Positions 26,497-35,514 of a stretch of DNA of 46,807 nucleotides are shown piece by piece (position 1 is the stretch's first letter; every line of letters begins with the position of its first letter). Under the pieces are notes generated by a model. It worked only from the letters and a program-made list of their open reading frames with translations, was not told the DNA's origin and searched no databases. Location: IMG/VR virus record IMGVR_UViG_3300038435_000067, positions 1-46,807 of that record, one strand, 5' to 3'. The translations under genes were made by a program, and so were the position numbers. This DNA comes from a virus.

Positions 26497-27086
26497 TGAG
26501 ACCACCACCAACCAATAGGCCATCCACCGCTAAAATTAGTTTGTGGATTAGTTAATTGTCTATCAGTATAATTACAAGCTCCTAATCTACCGCTTGTAAC
26601 AGAACGTCTATATCTTCTTTTAATTCCACCATCGACTAAAGGTTGCAAACCTGTTAAAACATATTTATAGCCACCATTTGGCAATAAATCCACTAACCGA
26701 TTAATTATTTTTGCATATTCTGTGGCAAAATCTTTTTGAAAAAATGATAATGTTCTACCTTCTTCATCCGTATTGCGGGCAATAAATGCACCAATTAATT
26801 GTATAGATGCTTGATAAACAAACATATTGTAAATAATGTTATACGTATAAGGAGGTAATGTAGTCCAATCACCGCCAGATATGGTAATCAATGCGGGATC
26901 AGTAACATAATATGGTGATAAATCTTCTAATGCCAATGATTCGCCAGCAGCGATCAGTGCATTAGCTTGAGATGTTGGGATTCCGGTAGAATCCGTATCA
27001 GATACTAAAATTTTATCAGTGCCAATTAATGGCTTGATATTTGTATCATAATCAATATATTGTGGTGATGGAACTGGTGCGCCCAT
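26493..27086 (-). CDS. Hypothetical head/connector protein
   Basis: 197 aa, first gene after the capsid gene, with a Trp-rich C-terminus (GGWPIGWWWSQ). Confidence 0.5.
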   Translation of the reverse strand: MGAPVPSPQYIDYDTNIKPLIGTDKILVSDTDSTGIPTSQANALIAAGESLALEDLSPYYVTDPALITISGGDWTTLPPYTYNIIYNMFVYQASIQLIGAFIARNTDEEGRTLSFFQKDFATEYAKIINRLVDLLPNGGYKYVLTGLQPLVDGGIKRRYRRSVTSGRLGACNYTDRQLTNPQTNFSGGWPIGWWWSQ

Positions 27087-27191
27087 GTTTTGCCCCCGTG
27101 TTGCAATCTCTGCAACATAAGTTTAGATTTAAGTTATTATAACACATCTAGTAATAATCACTATAAAAAATTAGGGCGCATAGCCAGTTAA

Positions 27192-28586
27192 TTATACGTT
27201 ATCGTATAAACTCGTCAAAACAAAATTTGCTTCTGGCATATAAACAGCCGGAGAACCTGCCAAAGCAGCTACAATATCAAGTCTATTAACTGTGTCTGCA
27301 TTGTTTAAATTACGGTTAAATACACCAGTAAATAGCCCCATTGAAGGTGCGTCAATATTTGGATCAACTTGATTATATGTTAAATGGAATGCACCAACTT
27401 GTCCACCCATTGGTGTCAAATCAAGCAATACATATAAATAACCACGTGGTACAAAGAAATTTTGTGCACTATTTGGATCAGTTGCATCATTAGGAGTTAC
27501 TTTAGTTGTTCCATCTGGATTTTGACCAACCCATACATCATCATCAGCAAGTAATGGAAATTCAAAACTAGGTGCATAATATGCATTAAGTTCTTTGACC
27601 ATATCACCGATTTGTACTTCTAATTTTTTGTTACCCAAAGATGTACCAGCAGCCATTAACAAATTAGTAGTTGCTTTAACATTTGGATGATTCATAATAG
27701 CTTGTAAATCCGCACCGTTACATACTAATCCACGAATATATCTACGATATTTTAAGAAAATTGGATTATTTAAAATATTTGTAAATGCAATAAATGGATT
27801 GTAAAGTGGGTCAGTATTTGAATAAGTAACTGAACCATCAGCATTTAATGTACCAAGAGGTTCGTACATTGCAACATAATTTCCACTTGGAATATTAGAA
27901 GCAATAGTACCGCCTGCATAACTAAAACCATTGAAAAATATAGCTTGATTTAGCAAATATTTTTTACGAGTCATGGCTTGAGTAACCATATTTACAGAGT
28001 TATATGCAACTAATTGACCAATACCACGATCATCAAAAGAAGTATTACCACGTTTACGGGCAAACATAATATCTTTTGAATTTAGCATTGTGCGACCACC
28101 CCATAAACCTGGTTGAAATATTAAACCATAAGTATCTAAGTTTCTAACAGTAGGTAAAGTAGCGCTATCGCTTCCAAATTCTGGCAAAATACCAGTATTA
28201 CCAACGATACGATCTACTAAAGATTCATACATCGGTAATGATTTATCTGGAAATGCTAAAGATAAGATAGTGTCTTTTTCAACAGATGATCCAACTTCCT
28301 GAATTAACATATTTAATGAGCCAAATGTCCAGTTACCAATTGGGGCAGTTTGTCCATCAAATCCAGCAAACTCAAGACCTCTAATTGTTGATTCACTCAT
28401 TTGTAAACCTTCAGCCAATTTCATTCTTAAATCTATAGCTTTTGCACCTTTTGTTAATTGAGGTATTTTTCTTATTGCTTCGTTAAACTCTAAACATTTC
28501 ATTACAACCTCTTGGTGTTTAGCTGAAATATCAGTCTTTAACTGAAACTTATGTTCTGGCAATTCTGTATGTTCTATACGTTCCAT
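27192..28586 (-). CDS. Major capsid protein candidate
   Basis: 464 aa. Follows the protease-scaffold, charged scaffold-like and 176-aa genes and is followed by an intergenic gap. Called on position and size; the fold was not verifiable by eye. Confidence 0.55.
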   Translation of the reverse strand: MERIEHTELPEHKFQLKTDISAKHQEVVMKCLEFNEAIRKIPQLTKGAKAIDLRMKLAEGLQMSESTIRGLEFAGFDGQTAPIGNWTFGSLNMLIQEVGSSVEKDTILSLAFPDKSLPMYESLVDRIVGNTGILPEFGSDSATLPTVRNLDTYGLIFQPGLWGGRTMLNSKDIMFARKRGNTSFDDRGIGQLVAYNSVNMVTQAMTRKKYLLNQAIFFNGFSYAGGTIASNIPSGNYVAMYEPLGTLNADGSVTYSNTDPLYNPFIAFTNILNNPIFLKYRRYIRGLVCNGADLQAIMNHPNVKATTNLLMAAGTSLGNKKLEVQIGDMVKELNAYYAPSFEFPLLADDDVWVGQNPDGTTKVTPNDATDPNSAQNFFVPRGYLYVLLDLTPMGGQVGAFHLTYNQVDPNIDAPSMGLFTGVFNRNLNNADTVNRLDIVAALAGSPAVYMPEANFVLTSLYDNV

Positions 28587-28597
28587 GTTTACGACTC

Positions 28598-29128
28598 CTA
28601 ATATGAGAAAATTGTTTCAGTTGAACCGCTAGAGTTCATCGTTTGTGATTGCACGCAAGTAACACCCACTGTAGTAGTTACTGCAGTATTAACTACGGCA
28701 GTATCTGTTGCAGGAGTTCCACCAGCATATAAATATTGTTGTCTTAAAACCCAACCTTGTAGTGGCGTAGCAATTTGTAAAGAGCCAGGAAATGTTGTAC
28801 CAATTGCTAAAGGCGCTTTAAGTCCAGCGTCGCAAATAACAAATCCATTCCATTTAGCCTGTCCTGTATCACTTGATGCAGGGTCAAAATTAACCAATGC
28901 TCCTGCTGTTAAACCAGCAAAACCACCAGAGCCATCGCCAGCAGCACGTGCAAGCATTTGACCATTGTAATAGCCGAGCACGGTGTTAGTGCTTGGTAAT
29001 AGTTCTTGACTAGGTTCACCTGATGTAGTAGTAAATTTACCGCCAGCGATAAAAGATGTTCCTTGTTTTGTCCACAATGTGACGTTGGAGACGGTATATA
29101 AAACCGTACCGTTGATAGGTAATTCCAT
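28598..29128 (-). CDS. Hypothetical head protein (decoration-protein position)
   Basis: 176 aa, Gly/Thr-rich, directly upstream of the capsid gene. Confidence 0.45.
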   Translation of the reverse strand: MELPINGTVLYTVSNVTLWTKQGTSFIAGGKFTTTSGEPSQELLPSTNTVLGYYNGQMLARAAGDGSGGFAGLTAGALVNFDPASSDTGQAKWNGFVICDAGLKAPLAIGTTFPGSLQIATPLQGWVLRQQYLYAGGTPATDTAVVNTAVTTTVGVTCVQSQTMNSSGSTETIFSY

Positions 29129-29140
29129 AATTATTGCTCC

Positions 29141-29458
29141 TTACTTCTTTTTACTAAATTGTTTTTCGCACATATCAAGGATTTTTGCAAAACCTTCTTC
29201 AAGTGCCACCATTCTGCTATCAATGTCTTTAGTGTGTTCACTAAATTTGCGACTAAAGCGTTCTGAAAAGTCTTTTTCTTTCTTTTCTTCTTTGGCTTTT
29301 TCTTTTTCTTCCTCAGACATTTCTTTTTTACCACTATTTTCTTCTTTAGTGATTTTCTTTTCTTCTTCTTTTTCATTTTCGCGTTCTTTAGCTTCGCGAT
29401 CCTCTGCCTCTGCAAATTGTTTAACTATTTTTTCGGCACGTGATAAATCTATTCTCAT
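29141..29458 (-). CDS. Highly charged K/E-rich scaffold-like protein
   Basis: 105 aa, ATGA overlap with the upstream protease-scaffold gene. It is the most plausible of three overlapping ORFs in a low-complexity purine-rich stretch. Confidence 0.5.
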   Translation of the reverse strand: MRIDLSRAEKIVKQFAEAEDREAKERENEKEEEKKITKEENSGKKEMSEEEKEKAKEEKKEKDFSERFSRKFSEHTKDIDSRMVALEEGFAKILDMCEKQFSKKK

Positions 29459-30633
29459 TCGATTTCTCCTAATTGTAATTGTTTAAGTTGGTTTTTAATA
29501 TCTTTCGATTTCTGGATATACTCAGCAAGCTGTGTATCTTTTAATTCGCAATCTTCAGTTGATTGCGGTTCGCCTAATTCAATTTTTAAATATTTAGATA
29601 AAATTTCTGGCGAATGTTCTGCTAATTCTAATAAATGTTTTAACTCTTTGATACGAGTTTCTTCAAATGATTGGGCTTGATTAATAATTTCAATTTGTTG
29701 TCTTGGAATTTCTGTTTGTGATTGTTTTGCTACATCGTTATTTTTTTGGTATTTTGCAATAATGTTATTAATCATCATTTCAGATGCATCAACTTTTTCA
29801 GGATGACGTTGTGTACCAATCATTAACCCAAGATCAATGCTTGGCAAAGAAGTTTCCATCATTTCCAATAAGCCACGATTAGGTTCTGTAATTAATTTTT
29901 CATATTTCCATGGTGGAATTTTTCCAGTTTTTATCATACGTGACAATATCATGTGATTTGGAATAATAACTTCTTCGAGTTGACGTTCTTCAAATTGCAA
30001 TGAATTCATTTTTTCGGCAAATTCTAATTCTTTGTTTTTAGAATTATTTACAATTGCAGAATTTTTAGCTTTTTTCTTTTTGTTTTTTTTGGTTTCTTTT
30101 TCGCTCATCATTAAACCACCATGTGGAGCGGCTTCATTAATGACAAAACTTACCTCTTTGATTGAACCATCTTCGCGAATACCCACAGAAGTATTGCGCA
30201 ATAGATCACCATTAATTTTTTCTTTGGCATCTGGGTCTTTAATAACCGCATCAGCAATTAAGGATTGAATACCGTCGATTGATTCGATACGCAATAAACC
30301 CTTAAGATGTCCTACAGTATCATCTACATTAGATGTATCATGATTTTTGATAATCGGTATTACTTCAACATTTTCGAGTGGTTTAGACCAAAAAGATTTT
30401 AATTTGGCAAAAGGAGACATGTAACGCTTTTTAATCCAAGCGTTAGTTTTTTCAAGGGTGTCGTTTAAAAAATCAGCATCAATATTTACAGGTGTGCCAT
30501 TTTTATCTTGTATATTACCTAATTCATACAATAATAATACTGGCACATGTATATCATGCGTAGCAAATTTACCATATTTCTGTAATTGATCGCTTGTAAC
30601 TTCACGATCATGTTTTACATAACTGATTGACAC
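29455..30633 (-). CDS. Prohead protease fused to a coiled-coil scaffold region (HK97/XkdF-type)
   Basis: 392 aa, GTG start with GGAG 8 nt upstream. IKEVSFVINEAAPHGG resembles the EVSLV-x-PA motif of S78-type prohead proteases. The C-terminal half is charged and helical. Confidence 0.55.
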   Translation of the reverse strand: MSISYVKHDREVTSDQLQKYGKFATHDIHVPVLLLYELGNIQDKNGTPVNIDADFLNDTLEKTNAWIKKRYMSPFAKLKSFWSKPLENVEVIPIIKNHDTSNVDDTVGHLKGLLRIESIDGIQSLIADAVIKDPDAKEKINGDLLRNTSVGIREDGSIKEVSFVINEAAPHGGLMMSEKETKKNKKKKAKNSAIVNNSKNKELEFAEKMNSLQFEERQLEEVIIPNHMILSRMIKTGKIPPWKYEKLITEPNRGLLEMMETSLPSIDLGLMIGTQRHPEKVDASEMMINNIIAKYQKNNDVAKQSQTEIPRQQIEIINQAQSFEETRIKELKHLLELAEHSPEILSKYLKIELGEPQSTEDCELKDTQLAEYIQKSKDIKNQLKQLQLGEIE

Positions 30634-30685
30634 TATTCTTACTCCGAGGCGTTATCACAACGTCTTGATGTTAATTATTGCCACA

Positions 30686-30715
30686 ATTGTAGCATGTTAT
30701 TTTATTACAGTGCAA
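30686..30715 (-). promoter_or_regulatory. Candidate promoter for the protease/scaffold/capsid genes
   Basis: On the - strand: TTGCAC (30715-30710), 18-nt spacer, TG-n-TACAAT (30691-30686), about 50 nt upstream of the GTG at 30633. Confidence 0.35.
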
Positions 30716-30752
30716 ATATTTTTAAGAAGTGTACCTTCAAATAGGGTAATTG

Positions 30753-30761
30753 TGGTATAAT
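30753..30761 (+). promoter_or_regulatory. Candidate extended -10 promoter for the opposite-strand moron gene
   Basis: TGgTATAAT at 30753-30761 with a poor -35, about 85 nt upstream of the ATG at 30848. GAAAGGAA is the SD. Confidence 0.35.
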
Positions 30762-30847
30762 TAATTATTATATTTGTTTAATAATTTATTCAATTTTTAA
30801 CCAAATATAATAAATTTAATAATTTTCATTTTTGAAAGGAATTTTTT

Positions 30848-31264
30848 ATGAAAAAGTTATTATCTATTATATTATTTACATTATTTTCTTTTAGTTTTGC
30901 TGCTCCCGATCCGGTTACTGGCTTTTATTTAATGTTTACGCCTTCAGTGATTCCAGATATAAGTATTTCACAAAATCAATTTTCTTTGTTTCAAGTAGGC
31001 CCAGGAATAAACTCTTTACCATTGGGTTCGGGAAGAATAATAGTATCAGTCTATTTAACAAATCCTGATGTTGCAGAATTAGTTTATAACAATGGCAATC
31101 AATCTCGCCCTGGTACCTGTGTGCTTAATTATTCAGGTTTTAGAATTGACAATAGTTCGTGTAAATATGCTCTGGTAGGATTGCAACCGGGTACAACTCA
31201 AGTAGTAATCGGTTCGATAGATTATGGTCAAACTATTAGTAATGTTGTTACAATTACCCCTTAA
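30848..31264 (+). CDS. Secreted protein (Sec signal peptide), moron on the opposite strand within the head module
   Basis: 138 aa. MKKLLSIILFTLFSFSFA-AP looks like a signal peptide, and the mature part is beta-rich. It is the only + strand gene between 5560 and 40500. Confidence 0.65.
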   Translation: MKKLLSIILFTLFSFSFAAPDPVTGFYLMFTPSVIPDISISQNQFSLFQVGPGINSLPLGSGRIIVSVYLTNPDVAELVYNNGNQSRPGTCVLNYSGFRIDNSSCKYALVGLQPGTTQVVIGSIDYGQTISNVVTITP

Positions 31265-31268
31265 TCTG

Positions 31269-31949
31269 CTATCTAAATTTTGAAGCCCAACAGCGACAGT
31301 TATAATCCTGTCCTACATGATAACCGCCCGTTTCTTTGGGCGGTTCAAACAAAGAAACCCAACGAAAATTCATACGAGCATGAGTCGGTCTTACGCGACT
31401 ATCCATTTGTGTATGCCATTGATATTCTGTGTATCCCTGAGATATAGCATTAGCAAATAAAAACTCCCGTACATTGCCAATGGTTGACATTGTTGTAAAT
31501 AATACAATTTTATCTTCAGTATCTTTTGCTATTTTATGTACAAATTCAGTGCTAAGTTGATCGGTGTAACTATAATTTTGTTCTAAAACTGAAAGTTCTA
31601 TGAATTTTTGTTTTATGTATTCCGTTGTAACGTTTAACATCTCATCGTTTGCAATAACGAGTTGATTTTCTTTTTTATCATTTTGATAACTGGTAACAGG
31701 TTTAATCAATGAGCTGGCCAATTCATCAGCTTTCGCGACATATTCAGCATTTATATCTTGTATTGTTCCGAAATTTTCAATACGCCAAAATTTAAAAACT
31801 TCATCAATTTTAAATTTTGTTAAATTTTGGATACTATTAAGCTCTAACAATAATGCACTAAAAGGTACAAGCAATTCATCGGCATATTGATTTTCATAAC
31901 GCATTGATTTTGGATGATAATTGCGTATTTTTTTTATATTGTTATACAT
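31269..31949 (-). CDS. Head morphogenesis protein (Mu F / SPP1 gp7 family)
   Basis: 226 aa. The C-terminal DSRVRPTHARMN ... GQDYNCRCW is the hallmark of the gp7/F-like minor head proteins. Confidence 0.75.
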   Translation of the reverse strand: MYNNIKKIRNYHPKSMRYENQYADELLVPFSALLLELNSIQNLTKFKIDEVFKFWRIENFGTIQDINAEYVAKADELASSLIKPVTSYQNDKKENQLVIANDEMLNVTTEYIKQKFIELSVLEQNYSYTDQLSTEFVHKIAKDTEDKIVLFTTMSTIGNVREFLFANAISQGYTEYQWHTQMDSRVRPTHARMNFRWVSLFEPPKETGGYHVGQDYNCRCWASKFR

Positions 31950-32089
31950 AATAATAACCCAATAAAGATACCAATAAAAAATAGAAAATATCTACTAAAT
32001 TTGATAGTTTGATCAAATGCATTTATTTCATTTTTAAATTGTTTAAGTTTATAATTAGCAAATTTTTCAATGTGTTTGATTTTTTTCAT
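31934..32089 (-). CDS. Hypothetical small membrane protein (51 aa, below the ORF-track cutoff)
   Basis: Hand-translated as MKKIKHIEKFANYKLKQFKNEINAFDQTIKFSRYFLFFIGIFIGLLLCITI. Its start overlaps the terL stop (TAATG) and it fills the terL to F-like gap. Confidence 0.45.
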   Translation of the reverse strand: MKKIKHIEKFANYKLKQFKNEINAFDQTIKFSRYFLFFIGIFIGLLLCITI

Positions 32090-33549
32090 TACATTAATCC
32101 TAGTCCGTGTTTACGTGGTTGTTGTACTGGTTTTTTAACAAAAATGCTAACCTGAGCGCGTAAATTAATTTGCGAACTCAATCCATAAGCTAATACATCA
32201 ACCTGATCATCATGAGGCATTGTTTCACCGTCCATTAGTGCATGTTTTAAATCTGCACGAAAACATTCACATTCTTCAAAAAATTTAGCGGCCCAACTTG
32301 CTTCGACTGGCACATTTACAAATCCACACTTAATTATACCAAGCCCATCATTTAAACGTAGGAATTTATCTTTTTCCGGTATCAGTTCGAAAACGGGAAT
32401 ACCTTTGCGAGGCAACCGCTGCATCATACCTATACCGCATGCGCCTCGTTCAACATTTATCCCTTTAATGCTTAAATGTTTCCATTGATGCCATTTATCA
32501 ATAATTAATTGTTCTAAATCTGGCTCTTCTAATTTAACCCGTACCCAGTCAATTATAAAAAACTTGCCTTCTTCAATTTTAGATTTAGCAAATAAACCTA
32601 ACACACTATAATCGTTAGCTTCTTTGGTTCTGCTTGCACCATCTAAAACAAAATAAAACTCTTTAAAATAGCCCGGAATAGCAAACTTTTCTTGTGGGTC
32701 AAATCTATTAAAGTCATTACGATTAAGTACAGCCCCAAAATCTGCATAGCTAATATTCCAGTTGCCGCCTAATAATCTTTCTCGTTCAACTTTATTCTGA
32801 GATTTCAAAGAACTGAGATAATTGGGATCGGTTTCAAGTAAAATTTTATTATCATAAATACTAGCCGGAATAAACGTAAAACTTCGAGGACGTGCGCCAG
32901 AATCCCATTCTAGATCACTATAATATTCTCGCAAATCCTCTGGGGTATCTGCCCAAATTGGTTTATCGTCTTGAATCGTAAAATATTTAATTACTCCACT
33001 GCGTTCTTGAATGGCCAACCCCGTGTCTGGGTTAATCCACCAATCAATCCAACGTCTAACCCAACTATCTTTATCAGGATTACAGGTAGCTCTAACATAT
33101 GGTTTAATTCCACACGTTGAACGATTACGAGATAATAAGTATGTAAATTGTTTTAAACTGAAATGCGTTACTTCATCAAATCCAAGAAAACATATTTCTG
33201 TTCCTTGATATTCATAAATTGTATTATCGTTCATCAAATGTGCAAATTTAATAGTAGCGCCGGACGGGAACTTCCAATCCAATTGTTGTTCGCGTGGAGT
33301 TGGTTTTATGAAAGGAGGTAATTTATTATAGAGTTCTTGAGAGGCATCCCATAAGCCACCTGGGCTACGAATTTCTACTCCGCTGCGACGAAATGTAAGA
33401 GCTTTAAATCCTTTTACATTATAATGTCTTAAGGGTTCCATGATTAATGCATGAGTTTTACCCCCACCAGCTTGCCCACCATAAAGAGCAATATCAGCTT
33501 TACATGCCAAGAACTTTTCTTGGGGACCTGGTTGTGGGCTTATGATCAT
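32089..33549 (-). CDS. terL: Terminase large subunit
   Basis: 486 aa. Walker A is YGGQAGGGKTHA and Walker B-like is ICFLGFDEVTHF. The C-terminal nuclease region has an acidic HDDQVDVLAY. Confidence 0.9.
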   Translation of the reverse strand: MIISPQPGPQEKFLACKADIALYGGQAGGGKTHALIMEPLRHYNVKGFKALTFRRSGVEIRSPGGLWDASQELYNKLPPFIKPTPREQQLDWKFPSGATIKFAHLMNDNTIYEYQGTEICFLGFDEVTHFSLKQFTYLLSRNRSTCGIKPYVRATCNPDKDSWVRRWIDWWINPDTGLAIQERSGVIKYFTIQDDKPIWADTPEDLREYYSDLEWDSGARPRSFTFIPASIYDNKILLETDPNYLSSLKSQNKVERERLLGGNWNISYADFGAVLNRNDFNRFDPQEKFAIPGYFKEFYFVLDGASRTKEANDYSVLGLFAKSKIEEGKFFIIDWVRVKLEEPDLEQLIIDKWHQWKHLSIKGINVERGACGIGMMQRLPRKGIPVFELIPEKDKFLRLNDGLGIIKCGFVNVPVEASWAAKFFEECECFRADLKHALMDGETMPHDDQVDVLAYGLSSQINLRAQVSIFVKKPVQQPRKHGLGLM

Positions 33550-33566
33550 TTTTAGTGCTTTAAAAA

Positions 33567-34691
33567 TTACTCTATAATAAAATAGTCTTTGTCTTGTGGT
33601 CTTACCTGAAAAGCAGTGACAATGCCGTTATAATTATGATATTCTCCATTTTCATACCAAAAAATATTTGCGAGATTGTCTTTGGAGCATATTTTATAAC
33701 CTTTTTTGGCTAATTTAATGGCTTCCACAAAATCAAAATATTTTCTTTTTTTTCTTTTTGATTCTTTATCTTCTGATTCAAATGATTCAATTAGTCTTAA
33801 AGCATCTGCATAATACCAGTCTTCATATGTAGTAGGTAAAAAATGTATTTTAACAAAAAATTTATCACCCCCCATTATTTGATGTATCGTTCCTTTAAAG
33901 CCCAGAGTAGAACCAAATTTTTTACCAATTGGAAATCCAATAATTTCCACCCTATCATTTAATTTAAATTTTGCTTTTTCTACTTCTTTTGGCTTTTTCT
34001 CATCCACTTTTTCTAATTGATCCGGCTTAAAACTCCATACATTAGCAATAGGATTTTTTTTAGTGTAACATTTTTTTGGTAAATCTGTAACAAATAGCTC
34101 ATCAGAAAATGGAATAAACGAAATTACCCCATATTTACCAATTGCGCTTTTTACTCCATATTCTTTAACTACCGTTTGGTTTGTTAATTTAACATAAGCA
34201 TCAGACAATATTTTGACTTTATCGCCTACTTTGAAATTAATGTTACTTTCATCTTCTACTTTAACAAAATAACCGCCTATATCGCTAACGGTAATAAATG
34301 CAGTTTTATGCAATTCTTGATATATCCCGAAATCTTTAGTAGTTATAAATATTTTATCATAATTTATATTTATTATATGATAGACTTCATTAGCAAGCCA
34401 TTTATCCCCAGAAGCTCCTACCCATCTAAATTTATCGCCAATTTTAATATCTATTTTGTCAGCCGTCGGAGATTTTTCAGCATCACGTTTGGCTGAACAT
34501 TTTGGACATAAACAATTTTTTTCTTCTTTTTCGATTTTTTCTATTTCTTTTAGTAAATCATTAAAAATTTTCAAAAAATCTTTTTTAGGTTTCACGTTTC
34601 TATCCTTTTTAAAACATTTAAAATTAAAAGCGTCAAGAGTAAGCAACAATAAACATATTGCCCAGATTATGATAGCCCATGTAGGTATCAT
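33567..34691 (-). CDS. Membrane-anchored protein with three SH3-like repeats and a DUF2829-like C-terminus
   Basis: 374 aa. N-terminal TM helix (WAIIIWAICLLLLTL) and CxxC (CPKC). Three repeats start IKIGDKF, FKVGDKV and FKLNDRV. The C-terminal FDFVEAIKLAKKGYKI...DYFIIE resembles the DUF2829 N- and C-terminal patterns. Confidence 0.5.
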   Translation of the reverse strand: MIPTWAIIIWAICLLLLTLDAFNFKCFKKDRNVKPKKDFLKIFNDLLKEIEKIEKEEKNCLCPKCSAKRDAEKSPTADKIDIKIGDKFRWVGASGDKWLANEVYHIININYDKIFITTKDFGIYQELHKTAFITVSDIGGYFVKVEDESNINFKVGDKVKILSDAYVKLTNQTVVKEYGVKSAIGKYGVISFIPFSDELFVTDLPKKCYTKKNPIANVWSFKPDQLEKVDEKKPKEVEKAKFKLNDRVEIIGFPIGKKFGSTLGFKGTIHQIMGGDKFFVKIHFLPTTYEDWYYADALRLIESFESEDKESKRKKRKYFDFVEAIKLAKKGYKICSKDNLANIFWYENGEYHNYNGIVTAFQVRPQDKDYFIIE

Positions 34692-34708
34692 TTATCTAAC
34701 ACCTTCCT

Positions 34709-35008
34709 TTAAATTATTATATTGCTATTTTCATCAAAAATCTGTAATATTTTTTCAATAGAAATTTCCGTCACAAGTTTTTTGTTTTTAAAATCATAAC
34801 GTTGTGTGAAATTAATTAATGCTTTTATGATTTTACCCTCAAATTTTTGTGCTTTAACACCTAAAAAATCTTCATCTTTTACTGTGACACACAAAAAATT
34901 ATTCCCGTCTCTTATTCCCCATGAACCAGAATCAGCATCAAAAATCATATTTATATATGCAAGAATAACGCATTCACTATGATGAGAAGAATATTGCATA
35001 AAATACAT
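34709..35008 (-). CDS. Hypothetical protein
   Basis: 99 aa. Its ATG directly abuts the upstream stop. Confidence 0.55.
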   Translation of the reverse strand: MYFMQYSSHHSECVILAYINMIFDADSGSWGIRDGNNFLCVTVKDEDFLGVKAQKFEGKIIKALINFTQRYDFKNKKLVTEISIEKILQIFDENSNIII

Positions 35009-35509
35009 TTATTTGTCCCTTCCATTATCAGGTAAATAAAATTGAATTCCTTCGCTTTTTTCATTTTCTTCATTGGGTTTTAGATTCAGCAATTCAGGAG
35101 ATTGTCCAATTGCTGCCAAATCTGGGATAGTGGCTTTCATCCTACTTGTCATAATGATACGTTTAAACGGATCAGGTTCAGCTAAAGTATCTCTTAGATT
35201 TTTGATATTGAGATTTACCACACCTTTTTTATAAGTATTCAAAGATTTACGAAGCTGTAATATTTCGTCCAACTGTTCCTGAACTGCGGAAAACTGCGAC
35301 TCAGAAAGTGATTCAGCAATTTCGCTAATTTTTTCTTTAATAACAGTAACTTGCTGTTGTAATTTTTGAGTCCATTTTTCACGTTCTTTTCGTGCTCGGA
35401 TAGTGCTTTCTGCAATTAAATATTCTTTGGATAAATTCCACGTACTCTGACCTAATTCATATTTGGTTTTAATTTCTTGCCAAAAAGATTCGGGTTTATG
35501 TTTAGCCAT
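35009..35509 (-). CDS. Terminase small subunit candidate
   Basis: 166 aa. N-terminal HTH-like segment (LGQSTWNLSKEYLIAESTIRARK) followed by a coiled coil. It lies upstream of terL but is separated from it by two genes. Confidence 0.4.
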   Translation of the reverse strand: MAKHKPESFWQEIKTKYELGQSTWNLSKEYLIAESTIRARKEREKWTQKLQQQVTVIKEKISEIAESLSESQFSAVQEQLDEILQLRKSLNTYKKGVVNLNIKNLRDTLAEPDPFKRIIMTSRMKATIPDLAAIGQSPELLNLKPNEENEKSEGIQFYLPDNGRDK

Positions 35510-35514
35510 GATAA

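Noticed and set aside
29079-29486. Three overlapping ORFs (+ 29079-29486, - 29131-29415, - 29141-29458) in a purine/pyrimidine-skewed low-complexity stretch.
   Set aside because: Only 29141-29458 (-) fits the operon, with an ATGA overlap to the upstream gene and a K/E-rich scaffold-like product. The other two are repeat-driven frames (poly-K or S/F-rich) with no start context.
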